DNA of 64,000 nt from IMG/VR virus record IMGVR_UViG_3300000553_000007, one strand, 5' to 3'. Positions 10,265 through 19,695 of the stretch are shown piece after piece (positions within the stretch are counted from its first letter, which is position 1; the number at the start of each line of letters is the position of its first letter). Origin of the DNA: an uncultured virus (IMG/VR IMGVR_UViG_3300000553_000007) (lineage: Duplodnaviria; Heunggongvirae; Uroviricota; Caudoviricetes). Under the pieces are notes generated by a model. That model was given only the letters and a program-made list of their open reading frames with translations, was not told where the DNA came from and did no database searches. The translations under genes and the position numbers were made by a program.

Positions 10265-10786
10265 TCATTTAATTTGTTCAAACGGTTTCTCACATAAAAG
10301 ATTTACAAACATCATTATCTCTTTATAAACGTCATCGGAATCATTAAATCCAAACTTTTTTGTGGCGTAGTCATTTATCCACGTTCTCAAATCCGTACCA
10401 AACTCTTCTGAACGAGCCTTTACGTCACAACAAAATTCGGCCAAATATACTGACGGCATTTCTTTAATTCCACCGTTCCATGATTCCGGGTGATGTAAAT
10501 TGGTAGTATTATGGTGATGAATCGCCAACTTCAATTTTAATTTATTACTCTCTTCGGTTGGATTGTACAAAGACAGATATTCGAATTCAATCCCTGTAAA
10601 CTTACTAGCATCGTGAATAAATCCATTTGCGATGAGTTGTTTACCGAGGTCGGTTCTACCCTGCAAAATTAACTTCTCGCCTAAAATAAGACAATTATCT
10701 TCGACATTTCTTATATGTCTAGTAATACTTCTTATCTTAGACAAGGTTAATTCTGCTTCTTTACGAAGTCTGTCCGTCTTTTTCAT
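10265..10786 (-). CDS. HD-superfamily protein (DUF5662-like)
   Basis: RH..., HDASK, HHH..N.HHPE.W and EFCCD motifs. Confidence 0.7.
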   Translation of the reverse strand: MKKTDRLRKEAELTLSKIRSITRHIRNVEDNCLILGEKLILQGRTDLGKQLIANGFIHDASKFTGIEFEYLSLYNPTEESNKLKLKLAIHHHNTTNLHHPESWNGGIKEMPSVYLAEFCCDVKARSEEFGTDLRTWINDYATKKFGFNDSDDVYKEIMMFVNLLCEKPFEQIK

Positions 10787-11007
10787 ACTTTACAATCGTT
10801 CAATTTCTTTTCAATTTCGTCGAATGTTTCTTTAACTTTCAATTGACTATTATCTTTGAACAAAATAACACAAGACATCTCATCGGCATATTGCCAATAA
10901 TATTTTATTTCATTAACATTTATGCTGATATCTGCCCATTTTTGGGTTGGAGTTTCAAATTTTTTAAAATGTAATTTAATAAACATAATTTTAATGTAAT
11001 TTTCCAT
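10783..11007 (-). CDS. Small hypothetical protein
   Basis: 74-aa ORF (INVNEI...LKVKETFDEI) overlapping its neighbours. Confidence 0.5.
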   Translation of the reverse strand: MENYIKIMFIKLHFKKFETPTQKWADISINVNEIKYYWQYADEMSCVILFKDNSQLKVKETFDEIEKKLNDCKV

Positions 11008-11467
11008 CGCTGATAATACAACGGGTCAAATCCTTCGTTTTTATTTTCAGTTTTTTTGGAGTTAACCATTTAGATTTCAATGATTCAAACGCTTCTGTCA
11101 AATTTGTCATTGAATGCTTCTTTCTCTTAGCACCAGCGTTTTGGTCTTTAACCGCGTCGGAAATCCTCGAAACAATCAGACCTGCATCGGCATTTTCTTC
11201 TTGTTGGACAACCCATCCGGCAATTTCCTTGTCTTTCAAATATCCTTCCTTGTCATTCAAAACGATGACGTATTCATATTTGACCTTAGGCAAATCCTCA
11301 GAATTATCAGTTAAATCTTCGTTGGTAGGGGATTCTTCCTCAACTTCCGGTTGAAGTTCTTCCTCAGCCATCTCTGATTTTAATTGAGTGATTACAGCGG
11401 CAATCACTTCTTCATCAATACCATTCTCACTCATTGCGGTTTCAATTTTTTCAATATCAATTTTCAT
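10991..11467 (-). CDS. Hypothetical protein
   Basis: 158-aa ORF with an acidic N-terminus, preceded by a sigma70-like promoter. Confidence 0.6.
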   Translation of the reverse strand: MKIDIEKIETAMSENGIDEEVIAAVITQLKSEMAEEELQPEVEEESPTNEDLTDNSEDLPKVKYEYVIVLNDKEGYLKDKEIAGWVVQQEENADAGLIVSRISDAVKDQNAGAKRKKHSMTNLTEAFESLKSKWLTPKKLKIKTKDLTRCIISDGKLH

Positions 11468-11494
11468 ATTTTTATATTTGTTTATTACACTACC

Positions 11495-11523
11495 ACTATA
11501 CTACAATATCCGATTAATGTCAA
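11495..11523 (-). promoter_or_regulatory. Sigma70-like promoter (TTGACA-N17-TATAGT)
   Basis: Read directly, upstream of 11467. Confidence 0.55.
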
Positions 11524-12497
11524 TGAAAAGGTAAAATTCTACCCCATTCCACTGATTTGAAGGATGTTAGGTCAGTTCCGCCGGCATAGGAAATTGCGGA
11601 TTGTAAGGAATCTTTGATTTCCTCAAGTCTCTGTTCACATGTTATGCCTTCGACTAATTCGACTGCCCGGCCTTCTATATTTTTCTTATGTCCTTTGAGT
11701 TCGTAAGAGGTCGACCCACGATAAACTTTCATACCATCGATTATTTTAGCCGGAGAATCGATACAAGACGCGAACCAACCACCACTCATAACCATCGTGG
11801 CGCCGAATGTGAGGGCTTTGGCGACGTCGCCATAGTGTTTTGCCCCACCATCCGCTATGATTGGTATAGAATCTCCGACCGTATCGAAGGCATATTTAAT
11901 AGACTGCAGGGTTGGAATGTGGAATCCGGTCATATAACGTGTAGTACATATTGAACCACCTCCAATTCCTACTTTTATAGCATTTACTCTCAACTTTACT
12001 AAATGAAAAACTCCATCAGTGGTAGCTACATTGCCGGCTATCAATTTCGTATTTGGAAAATTTGATTTAATATAATAGATAATTGGCTTGACATTTTCAT
12101 GGTGGGCATGGGCAACATCAATCGTAATGAAATCAACTCTCCACCCTCGTTCTTTAATGGTAGTCAATTCTTTAATCGACTCATCATTAACGCCGGTCGA
12201 TATGCTAATCAATTTCCAGTTTTCTGTATTTGCGTTCTTAACAAAATCGAGTGTGTTTAATCCCAATTCTTCATGATAGGATTTACCGAATCTGTGATAG
12301 ATATAAAAATAACCATTCTCGGATAAAAACTTAGCGATTGAAGGGCTTATGACATCTTGCATGTTAGCCGGAACCACAGGCATCTTAAATTTATATCCAC
12401 ATAATGTAGTTGTGGTATCACCATTACTCCTACTTGGTAAAGAAGAGAGATTTGGAAATAATGTAACCGTATCGTAAGATAATAAAAAATCGTTCAT
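11520..12497 (-). CDS. guaC: GMP reductase (IMPDH/GMPR family)
   Basis: PVVPANM, YIYHRF, FITIDVAHAH, IAGNVAT, KVGIGGGSICTTR, IIADGG...GDVAKAL.FGATMVM and LQSAISYAGG; no CBS domains. Confidence 0.88.
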   Translation of the reverse strand: MNDFLLSYDTVTLFPNLSSLPSRSNGDTTTTLCGYKFKMPVVPANMQDVISPSIAKFLSENGYFYIYHRFGKSYHEELGLNTLDFVKNANTENWKLISISTGVNDESIKELTTIKERGWRVDFITIDVAHAHHENVKPIIYYIKSNFPNTKLIAGNVATTDGVFHLVKLRVNAIKVGIGGGSICTTRYMTGFHIPTLQSIKYAFDTVGDSIPIIADGGAKHYGDVAKALTFGATMVMSGGWFASCIDSPAKIIDGMKVYRGSTSYELKGHKKNIEGRAVELVEGITCEQRLEEIKDSLQSAISYAGGTDLTSFKSVEWGRILPFH

Positions 12498-12547
12498 AAC
12501 AGCGAATTATATCACTGATATGAACGATTTTCAAGTTTTTATATTAT

Positions 12548-13108
12548 TTAGTCTCTGTGGTCGTCATCGCCTTGAGTATCATGTTCATGATATGCCACAT
12601 CACTCAAATATTCATCCATTGACTGGTCGTGGAATTGGTCGCCTTGATTAGGCCACAATACATTTGCCAATTCTCTTGAGAAAAACTGGGAGTATCGTTT
12701 CATGTGGTCATCTAAATGTCTACGGCTTATAGCATTTCTAATCTCAGCTTCGATTTGGTCTTCTTTTGAAGAACCTGTTCTGGCTGGATTTTCATCTTGC
12801 ATTCTATCACCATGTAAATCTGCCTGATTTCTTGAGTCATTATCATCGTATTGATACCCACTACTTAGATATCCTTTAGTAATTATAGAATCCATCGTCT
12901 TTATATCAGTTAACGCTTGCGTAGAAACCGTCTTCACTTCGTCATCCGCGTTAGGCGATTTTGCGGCGGCGTTGATATATTCAGCCTGAGCTTTCAACAT
13001 TCTGCGGCTGGTATTAATGTTTCCATTATGTTCTTGTGTGGTCTTCCAATCCGATTCTTTTACTAATTTGAATTGGTTGCCGTTAACATTTTCGAATAAT
13101 TTCTTCAT
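12548..13108 (-). CDS. Hypothetical protein in the head operon
   Basis: Acidic 186-aa ORF downstream of the protease. Confidence 0.6.
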   Translation of the reverse strand: MKKLFENVNGNQFKLVKESDWKTTQEHNGNINTSRRMLKAQAEYINAAAKSPNADDEVKTVSTQALTDIKTMDSIITKGYLSSGYQYDDNDSRNQADLHGDRMQDENPARTGSSKEDQIEAEIRNAISRRHLDDHMKRYSQFFSRELANVLWPNQGDQFHDQSMDEYLSDVAYHEHDTQGDDDHRD

Positions 13109-13109
13109 A

Positions 13110-14042
13110 TTATTTTCTTTTAGGTATAGCTGAAACGTAAGCGGTTATATCGTATCTGTCCAGTGGTTGTTCTATAGAACCCGCTCCATGAGCGGTAATC
13201 TGACCGACTAATTCCATAGGTTTTCCTACTTTATTAGTAAATGGTATGGAGATTTGCCATTCTTTATATTTAGGCATTCCGTTCGATGTATCTGCGTGTC
13301 CTCCGTATTTGGCGTTCAATATAGTAACATCTAATCCAGTAGAACGTAATTTTTCAAAAATTCTATTTATAGCTTCCCAACTATTGTCCGAAAACATACC
13401 CTTCGATAAGTCAGATAGAATCTTGTTCACCTTTCCAGCGGCGACGTTGTTGGATTGTCCGTCGATTGGATTTGATACATTCCCATCAGTTTCCTTTAAA
13501 GTACCTCTATCGATTCCCTGTTTTATTCTAGACCAATCCATATCCCTTACATCGGTTTGTTTTGGTTTTGGGGTTTTACCAAAAAATTTGGTCGATTTCT
13601 GTTTTGATTTCTGGTTCGGTGTAGAACCATAATGTTTGTGATAATGGTCAGCTTCATCATCGGCATCCATATCACATGCAGCATCTGCTTCATCGCCTTC
13701 CATCAAACCTTCGCCGCCTTCTTCATCAACTAAATTCTTAGCTGTAGTAGCCGCAAGTTTCAAAGCATTTTCAAAATCTCCGATTTTCAATGCCTCTTCG
13801 ATTTCATCGCATCCATGAGCCAAAGTAGCAGTATCAGGCAAATCTTCCAATCCAATACCAAGTTTATTCGTTACTATGATGTTTACGAGTTTGTATGCGG
13901 CGCCTCTACTACCAAGTTCTCTCAACAAATTTCCAATTTTTTCTTGGGTTTTTGGTGAAATGTTCTCATTAAGTTTCTTCTGAATCTTAACAGATTCATT
14001 GATGATTTTCTTAATTAATAATTTTAGATGTGACAATTTCAT
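13110..14042 (-). CDS. Hypothetical head-associated protein
   Basis: 310 aa, with an N-terminal LKLLIKKIINE leader, downstream of the protease. Confidence 0.6.
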   Translation of the reverse strand: MKLSHLKLLIKKIINESVKIQKKLNENISPKTQEKIGNLLRELGSRGAAYKLVNIIVTNKLGIGLEDLPDTATLAHGCDEIEEALKIGDFENALKLAATTAKNLVDEEGGEGLMEGDEADAACDMDADDEADHYHKHYGSTPNQKSKQKSTKFFGKTPKPKQTDVRDMDWSRIKQGIDRGTLKETDGNVSNPIDGQSNNVAAGKVNKILSDLSKGMFSDNSWEAINRIFEKLRSTGLDVTILNAKYGGHADTSNGMPKYKEWQISIPFTNKVGKPMELVGQITAHGAGSIEQPLDRYDITAYVSAIPKRK

Positions 14043-14049
14043 ATATGAA

Positions 14050-14682
14050 TCAACCGATTTCAGTTAGAATATCTCTTACGATGTCTTCTACACGTTCCCA
14101 TTTATGATTTATTGGGTTCTGTACGACATTTCGATTTACGCCTTCTTGGAGATTTCCAGAAGGAAACATGAATGCTCCTCTTGTACTAGGATTTGAAACG
14201 AAGTCGAATGCTATTAATTCAAAATCATCTTGAACGATGTCGGCTTCTTCATTCATACTCTTGTTCACCGTTCCAAGTCCACGACTTGAAATACCAAGTC
14301 TAATATTAGCCTTGAATAGTTCTTTTAAAATATTTCCATTTGGGGTAGGAAGAACTTCCACAGTTCCAATCAAATCGTCACCTTCCCAATGCATCTCAAC
14401 TACGTTATGAGATACGTTTTGTAAGTTTACCACGGATGATTCTGGATGGTCTAACTCACCTAACGCACGTCGTTCTTTTATGAAATTTTCTTCATATTTT
14501 TTAGACTCACGGAAGAGAGTGTCTTTTGGATATACTCTACCATTTTGATTTTTAACTTTCGCACGTTGTAGAATGCCTTTGACAATTAAACGTCTATTTT
14601 GGTCACGGACTGCCTCTTCAAAGAGGTTATCCTTGACGAATTCAAATGTTATACAATCTACTAATAGTTGTTTTTGGTTCAT
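14050..14682 (-). CDS. Prohead core protease, T4 gp21-like
   Basis: NQNGRVYP, ALGELDHP, VSH, LPTPNG, GISSRGLG and FDFVSNPST motifs. Confidence 0.95.
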   Translation of the reverse strand: MNQKQLLVDCITFEFVKDNLFEEAVRDQNRRLIVKGILQRAKVKNQNGRVYPKDTLFRESKKYEENFIKERRALGELDHPESSVVNLQNVSHNVVEMHWEGDDLIGTVEVLPTPNGNILKELFKANIRLGISSRGLGTVNKSMNEEADIVQDDFELIAFDFVSNPSTRGAFMFPSGNLQEGVNRNVVQNPINHKWERVEDIVRDILTEIG

Positions 14683-14683
14683 A

Positions 14684-15814
14684 TTATTTATTCCATCCTA
14701 TTTCTTTTACATATTCCAATAGATAATATCTACCGGTCTTGTTTACTTCAATGGAACCTTTAGAATATTGACCGCTATACGTTCTCTGTCTCATGGCATT
14801 TATGGCGGCTAATTTAATGTCTCTATTATCGACATTTACCATGTGACTCTCAGGAATCAATAATTTAACTTTTACTTTGGTAGCATCTACTCCCTCAGCT
14901 AGCATCTTCGATGTCTCTTGTATGTAATTAACAAAATTAACATTTCCACGACTATTTTTTACTTCGTCGGACATAAATTCCAATAGGAACTTACTTAAAT
15001 CTTCTTGAATCCACTCTGCGACCGGTGGAAGCTTCTTTTTCTTTTTAGGGTCTACTTCCGGCGCTACGTTCGGTTTCGCTTGTGGCGGCGCCGAAGGTTT
15101 CTCAGGAACTTCTTGATTAGGAACGGTCGGTGCGGCTGGCGGTTGCGCCGTTGCGTCGGGTTGAACTCCTTGTGGTTCCGGAGCAGGTTCTCCACCAGTA
15201 GGTTGTGGCGCATTTGGTAATTCTTGTGCGCCGGTATCTTGAGCTGGTGGTTGTGTCGAGCCAGGAGGCCCTTCTTGACCATCTTGTCCTACTGTAGGAG
15301 GTTGTTCCTCACCGCCTGGAGCCGGTTCTGACCCTTCACTCTCGATTTTGATATTAATTCCTGGGGTCAAGAAATATTTCTTATCATTTTCGTCGGAGGC
15401 AATAACTACATAATCTTTATACCAAAATTCCACGCTAATCTTCTTTACACTTTTTATAGTATAATCGGTCTTTGGTTGACCATAACCACGGGATGCATTG
15501 GCGACAATAGTCTTACCTAAAAGTCTTTTGTTCATCTTTTCTAACAAAACCTTCTTAGCATCAGATTCGGCCTTATTTTTCTTATCTTCAAAAGCTCTAA
15601 AATCTCTGGTGAAATCATATTCTCCTGGGTCTTCCGGTTCAGGTGATGTATCAGGAGCAGCAGCCGGTTCCGGTGTCTCTTGGTCTGGCCCACCTGCATT
15701 CATTCCTTGTGGTGGCATAGCTGGGGAACCTGCTGGGCCGGCCGGGTCTTCCATAGGAGGTTGCGGCGCCTGCTCGGTCAAATTTATTAGTGTTCTTAGT
15801 TTAATTCTGCTCAT
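14684..15814 (-). CDS. Pro-rich hypothetical head-associated protein
   Basis: 376 aa, between portal and protease, with Pro/Gln-rich linkers. Confidence 0.6.
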   Translation of the reverse strand: MSRIKLRTLINLTEQAPQPPMEDPAGPAGSPAMPPQGMNAGGPDQETPEPAAAPDTSPEPEDPGEYDFTRDFRAFEDKKNKAESDAKKVLLEKMNKRLLGKTIVANASRGYGQPKTDYTIKSVKKISVEFWYKDYVVIASDENDKKYFLTPGINIKIESEGSEPAPGGEEQPPTVGQDGQEGPPGSTQPPAQDTGAQELPNAPQPTGGEPAPEPQGVQPDATAQPPAAPTVPNQEVPEKPSAPPQAKPNVAPEVDPKKKKKLPPVAEWIQEDLSKFLLEFMSDEVKNSRGNVNFVNYIQETSKMLAEGVDATKVKVKLLIPESHMVNVDNRDIKLAAINAMRQRTYSGQYSKGSIEVNKTGRYYLLEYVKEIGWNK

Positions 15815-15815
15815 A

Positions 15816-16634
15816 TTAATCTATATCTTTTACTTTTTTGTATCCCATCTTAGTAGTCACGTCCATTGCCCTTTTACTACCACCCTTCTTTTTACTAAAC
15901 GCAAATGGGGTAGAATATCCACCTACTGCGCCTGTACCTGTTTCTTCATTTATATCATTTTCGGTTTCCGTCTCTTTAAAATATTGTGGTCTTGGAGAAC
16001 CGGTTCCTTCTTTATATCCGATATTAAATTCACGTCTGGCCTGTAAAGCATATTGCCCATCTTTTTCTAATATTATAGCTTTATTAAACCAATTTAAAAA
16101 ATGAGAAACTAATCCAGTATCTCGATTCTTCTGTGCAGCTCCACATTTTACCCCGACGTCATGATATGATTTTAAAGAATTCATTTTAACGGATTCTTTA
16201 GATTCTTCGTCGGCTTCATCTAATCCGTGTAATTTCTTTACTGCTACGCCGCTTTCCATATCGTCATTATATTTGCCATCCATTCCTATAGCTTCATTTT
16301 CCGGTTCAATTGGTTCATCTACATCGGATTGGTCATATCCTCTAAGAATTTCAGGACGATATCTGGAAAGTTTCTGAGTCTTACACTTAGAACAAACTTT
16401 ACATAATGGTATTCCCTGCGCATCATTAACCCACTGACTATGTAATCCACTGCCACAATTACATCCATTGTTACCTGTGGATTCGCCAACATTGACTGCT
16501 TTCATTACATTCTGTCTTCCAGCATCAAAGTCGTGGTCATTTTTTACTCCACCAATAGGTTGACCTTCGCCTAGTTTTCCAGTCGATTCTTTAATGATGT
16601 GTCGTATTAACGATTTAAGAGATGATTTTTTCAT
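15816..16634 (-). CDS. Hypothetical head-associated protein with a Cys cluster
   Basis: LKSLIRHIIKE leader; CNCGSG...CKVCSKC; C-terminal GGYSTPFAF. Confidence 0.6.
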   Translation of the reverse strand: MKKSSLKSLIRHIIKESTGKLGEGQPIGGVKNDHDFDAGRQNVMKAVNVGESTGNNGCNCGSGLHSQWVNDAQGIPLCKVCSKCKTQKLSRYRPEILRGYDQSDVDEPIEPENEAIGMDGKYNDDMESGVAVKKLHGLDEADEESKESVKMNSLKSYHDVGVKCGAAQKNRDTGLVSHFLNWFNKAIILEKDGQYALQARREFNIGYKEGTGSPRPQYFKETETENDINEETGTGAVGGYSTPFAFSKKKGGSKRAMDVTTKMGYKKVKDID

Positions 16635-17518
16635 TTTTTATTTTCGACTTGATTATTGATTTCTTTTAACAATTCATATGAAAGTAACACTACCATTACT
16701 TGATTGTCTTTTACAATTTTATTTGATTGTGGTTTTATTTTATCCAACTGACGAATTACTTCATTGATTTTAATTTGAATCACATCGTTATCATTGATTT
16801 TAGATGATAACACCCCCAACTGTCGTTTTACATTATCGACTTGTGATACGATAAATGTTCCGAGAGAATTGGTATTAGAAATATTATTTATATATTCACG
16901 TAGAACGTTCTTCTGATTATCATCCAAGTCTTTATATTTCTTATTCATTCCTTCGACTAAAATACGATATGATAAAAGACGGACGTCTTCGTTCTGTTGG
17001 GCATAGAAACTTAGAATATCATCATCCTCATTGGCCTTCTTAGGTTTATTAACAATGTTCTCTATGATGCAGGTTTTTGCCTGATAAATTTCTTGGACGT
17101 CAAATTTAAGGTCTTTAGACGACGCATCTTCAAAAAGTTTAAATATGGAAGCTAAACTTCTATAATCCTTGATACTAGATTTTAGGAAATCGTCTATTGG
17201 ATAGAGTTCTTTAATTTCTTTAATTAGTTCGTATTTTTCTTTGGTCAACTTAGATGTACTAAGTTTTTTACGTTGTTCGACGATGACTGATAAAAATCTA
17301 TCCGCGTCCGAATTGTCACGCTTTTTTTCCGATAAAAGAAAATTATATAGTCTCCATTCCCTACCCAATTCCGTATTTTCTTTGAAATACTTGAAGAGTA
17401 AATCCTTGGCATCGGAACCTTCTTTTCCGGCCATGATGTCCGCAGTCAATTGTCGTGTTAATAATTCAAACAAAATACCGGTGTTTTTAAACTTTGAATG
17501 GCGTAATTTTTTAAGCAT
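16631..17518 (-). CDS. Conserved hypothetical phage protein (portal-adjacent)
   Basis: KLRHSKFKNTGILFELL N-terminus; helical 295 aa. Confidence 0.65.
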   Translation of the reverse strand: MLKKLRHSKFKNTGILFELLTRQLTADIMAGKEGSDAKDLLFKYFKENTELGREWRLYNFLLSEKKRDNSDADRFLSVIVEQRKKLSTSKLTKEKYELIKEIKELYPIDDFLKSSIKDYRSLASIFKLFEDASSKDLKFDVQEIYQAKTCIIENIVNKPKKANEDDDILSFYAQQNEDVRLLSYRILVEGMNKKYKDLDDNQKNVLREYINNISNTNSLGTFIVSQVDNVKRQLGVLSSKINDNDVIQIKINEVIRQLDKIKPQSNKIVKDNQVMVVLLSYELLKEINNQVENKK

Positions 17519-17580
17519 ATGTTCAACTCTTCCACATAATTTATAAATATATACATAATACGTGAAAATGTATTATTTCA

Positions 17581-19644
17581 TTATTCTGCAATTATGTTAC
17601 TTTCATCGAGAAGGGATTTATTACCCGACTCTTTTGACTCTTTTATTAACTCTTTCTTTTCCGATTTTGACTTCAAATAAGACCCTAGACTTTGTAATAA
17701 ACTACCTCGTTCTAGCGTTTCTAGACTTAATGGTGAATTTTTACTCCATTTAGGAGTCAAAGAGTCGTGTCCTTTTCTAGCGGACCTGTTATTTTCTAAA
17801 TTTCCCAACGGGTCTTCTCCAAATGGGTGTTGTTCTCTTGCATCGTGTTCGCCTGCTTGAGACGGTCTTTCATAGTCATCCGCATGTTCTCCTTGTACTT
17901 CATCCATGCTTCCACTACCATTCATTTCAGATTTTTTCATCTGATTCCATTTGAAGTTATTTACCTTGCCTTTGACCCTAGCTTCTTGTAATGGAGGAAG
18001 GCCGCCGCCTAAATCAGGCAACTCTTCTCCGGGACCACCACCGCCCAAATCCATTGGAGGGCCGCCCATGTCACCACCCATGCCGCCGCCACCTTCTCCA
18101 CCAGCGGCCTGAGGATTAATCTTTTGAAATGGCTTTGCCGGGTCATTACCTTCTTCTTCAATTGATTTAAATCTCCACATTTGTTTAGAATCTTCGACAA
18201 TTTGGTCTAGTAATTCATCCGAGTCATTTTTTGAAAGATTGAATACGTTTTTGTAAATCCAGGCTTTTGAAAATAATTTATTTTCCATCATGTTCTTGGC
18301 CAACTCAGTCTTATTGCCCCAAACTTCAATCTTTTCTTTTTCAAAGATAGTAGATGGATTGGTAAGTTCTAATTTAAAATTGACCAACGTCTCGTCTCTA
18401 TATCCTTGAGAATATAAATGGACTATGGCAATTTTCTCTAATTCAGATATGAGGCATCGTTGAATACGTCCAATCGTTCTAGCGAAACGAACATCTTCTG
18501 ATGCTAATGTAGCCTTACCTGATAATTCTTCTTCATATCCTAAGAATGCCTTAGGAATTTTAAGGGCAGACATTAACTTATTACGAAGGTATTCGATATC
18601 GTCAATACCTGTAAATTCCATGCCTGATAACGTATCAATGGATGTACCACTATCACTACCACGAACAGGAAGATAAAAATCTTCTACCATGTTTTGAAGA
18701 TTAAATCTAAGATTGTAGTCGCCGGTTTGTGGGTCGAGATAAGGAACCTTCTTCATCTTACTGATGGCCTTTTCCATGAAACTATCAACATCTTGTGGTG
18801 GAATATTACCAACATCCAACTTAAAGATACGCTTTTCAGGAGCTCTCATAATACGATGGATTAACATAGCATCTTCCATCAATGACAGCTGTTTCCAAAC
18901 TCTACGTGCGCCTTCTACCATTGCCTTACCATATGGTAAGAAATTTGAATCAGATAACAATCTAAAATGCGCACATTCGAAAAATTCTAAAGTTTCTACT
19001 TGGGATGTATCGGTAGGACGGATTTGGAACTTAACATAGTTCTTGTTGAGTGGGTCTGTGTTTTCAAGACGTTCAACATTGTAAGCGGAAATCGGTTCAA
19101 TTTGGTAAACTCCATATTCAGGTGATACATAAAGTCTCATGTAGAAATCGCCATATTTACATAAATTTCTAGTCCAAGACCAAATATTATGTTCGATATT
19201 TAAAATATCATAAAATAAGTTTTCTAGAATACCTTTTATATTAGCATCGTCAGCATTTACCACTAAAATTTTACCTAATTCATTCGGAGTTGTAGATTCA
19301 TCTGCGTAGATATCCAACGCAGACGCCAAGATAGGGTCCATATCCATCGTATCATAATCTCTAAATAAATCGATACGGGCTGCTTGATATGCTAATGAAA
19401 AATCTCTAGTATAAGCGTTATATGAGGTAGAACGAACTCTATTAAAACGGTCACGTAGACTGTTTCTATCCGTCGCATACATCAAATCGCTGGTATCTTT
19501 AACTTTAAGTTTCTTGCCACCGACGTTTCTTACTACTACACCTGCAGAAAATAATTTTTTTAGACGAGCGAACAACGATTTTTGTTTTACATCAATCTCA
19601 TCGTTATCTACGTTAACTTCTGGTCGTATTGGTCCGTTTGCCAT
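17581..19644 (-). CDS. Portal protein, T4 gp20-like
   Basis: MEDAMLIHRIMRAPEKRIF.LDVGNIPP, EDFYLPVRG, IDDIEYLRNKL..ALKIPK and EDVRFARTI motifs. Confidence 0.95.
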   Translation of the reverse strand: MANGPIRPEVNVDNDEIDVKQKSLFARLKKLFSAGVVVRNVGGKKLKVKDTSDLMYATDRNSLRDRFNRVRSTSYNAYTRDFSLAYQAARIDLFRDYDTMDMDPILASALDIYADESTTPNELGKILVVNADDANIKGILENLFYDILNIEHNIWSWTRNLCKYGDFYMRLYVSPEYGVYQIEPISAYNVERLENTDPLNKNYVKFQIRPTDTSQVETLEFFECAHFRLLSDSNFLPYGKAMVEGARRVWKQLSLMEDAMLIHRIMRAPEKRIFKLDVGNIPPQDVDSFMEKAISKMKKVPYLDPQTGDYNLRFNLQNMVEDFYLPVRGSDSGTSIDTLSGMEFTGIDDIEYLRNKLMSALKIPKAFLGYEEELSGKATLASEDVRFARTIGRIQRCLISELEKIAIVHLYSQGYRDETLVNFKLELTNPSTIFEKEKIEVWGNKTELAKNMMENKLFSKAWIYKNVFNLSKNDSDELLDQIVEDSKQMWRFKSIEEEGNDPAKPFQKINPQAAGGEGGGGMGGDMGGPPMDLGGGGPGEELPDLGGGLPPLQEARVKGKVNNFKWNQMKKSEMNGSGSMDEVQGEHADDYERPSQAGEHDAREQHPFGEDPLGNLENNRSARKGHDSLTPKWSKNSPLSLETLERGSLLQSLGSYLKSKSEKKELIKESKESGNKSLLDESNIIAE

Positions 19645-19695
19645 ATTAATATCCTTTCAATGTGTGTGTTGTGTTGTGTAATAAATACACATAGA

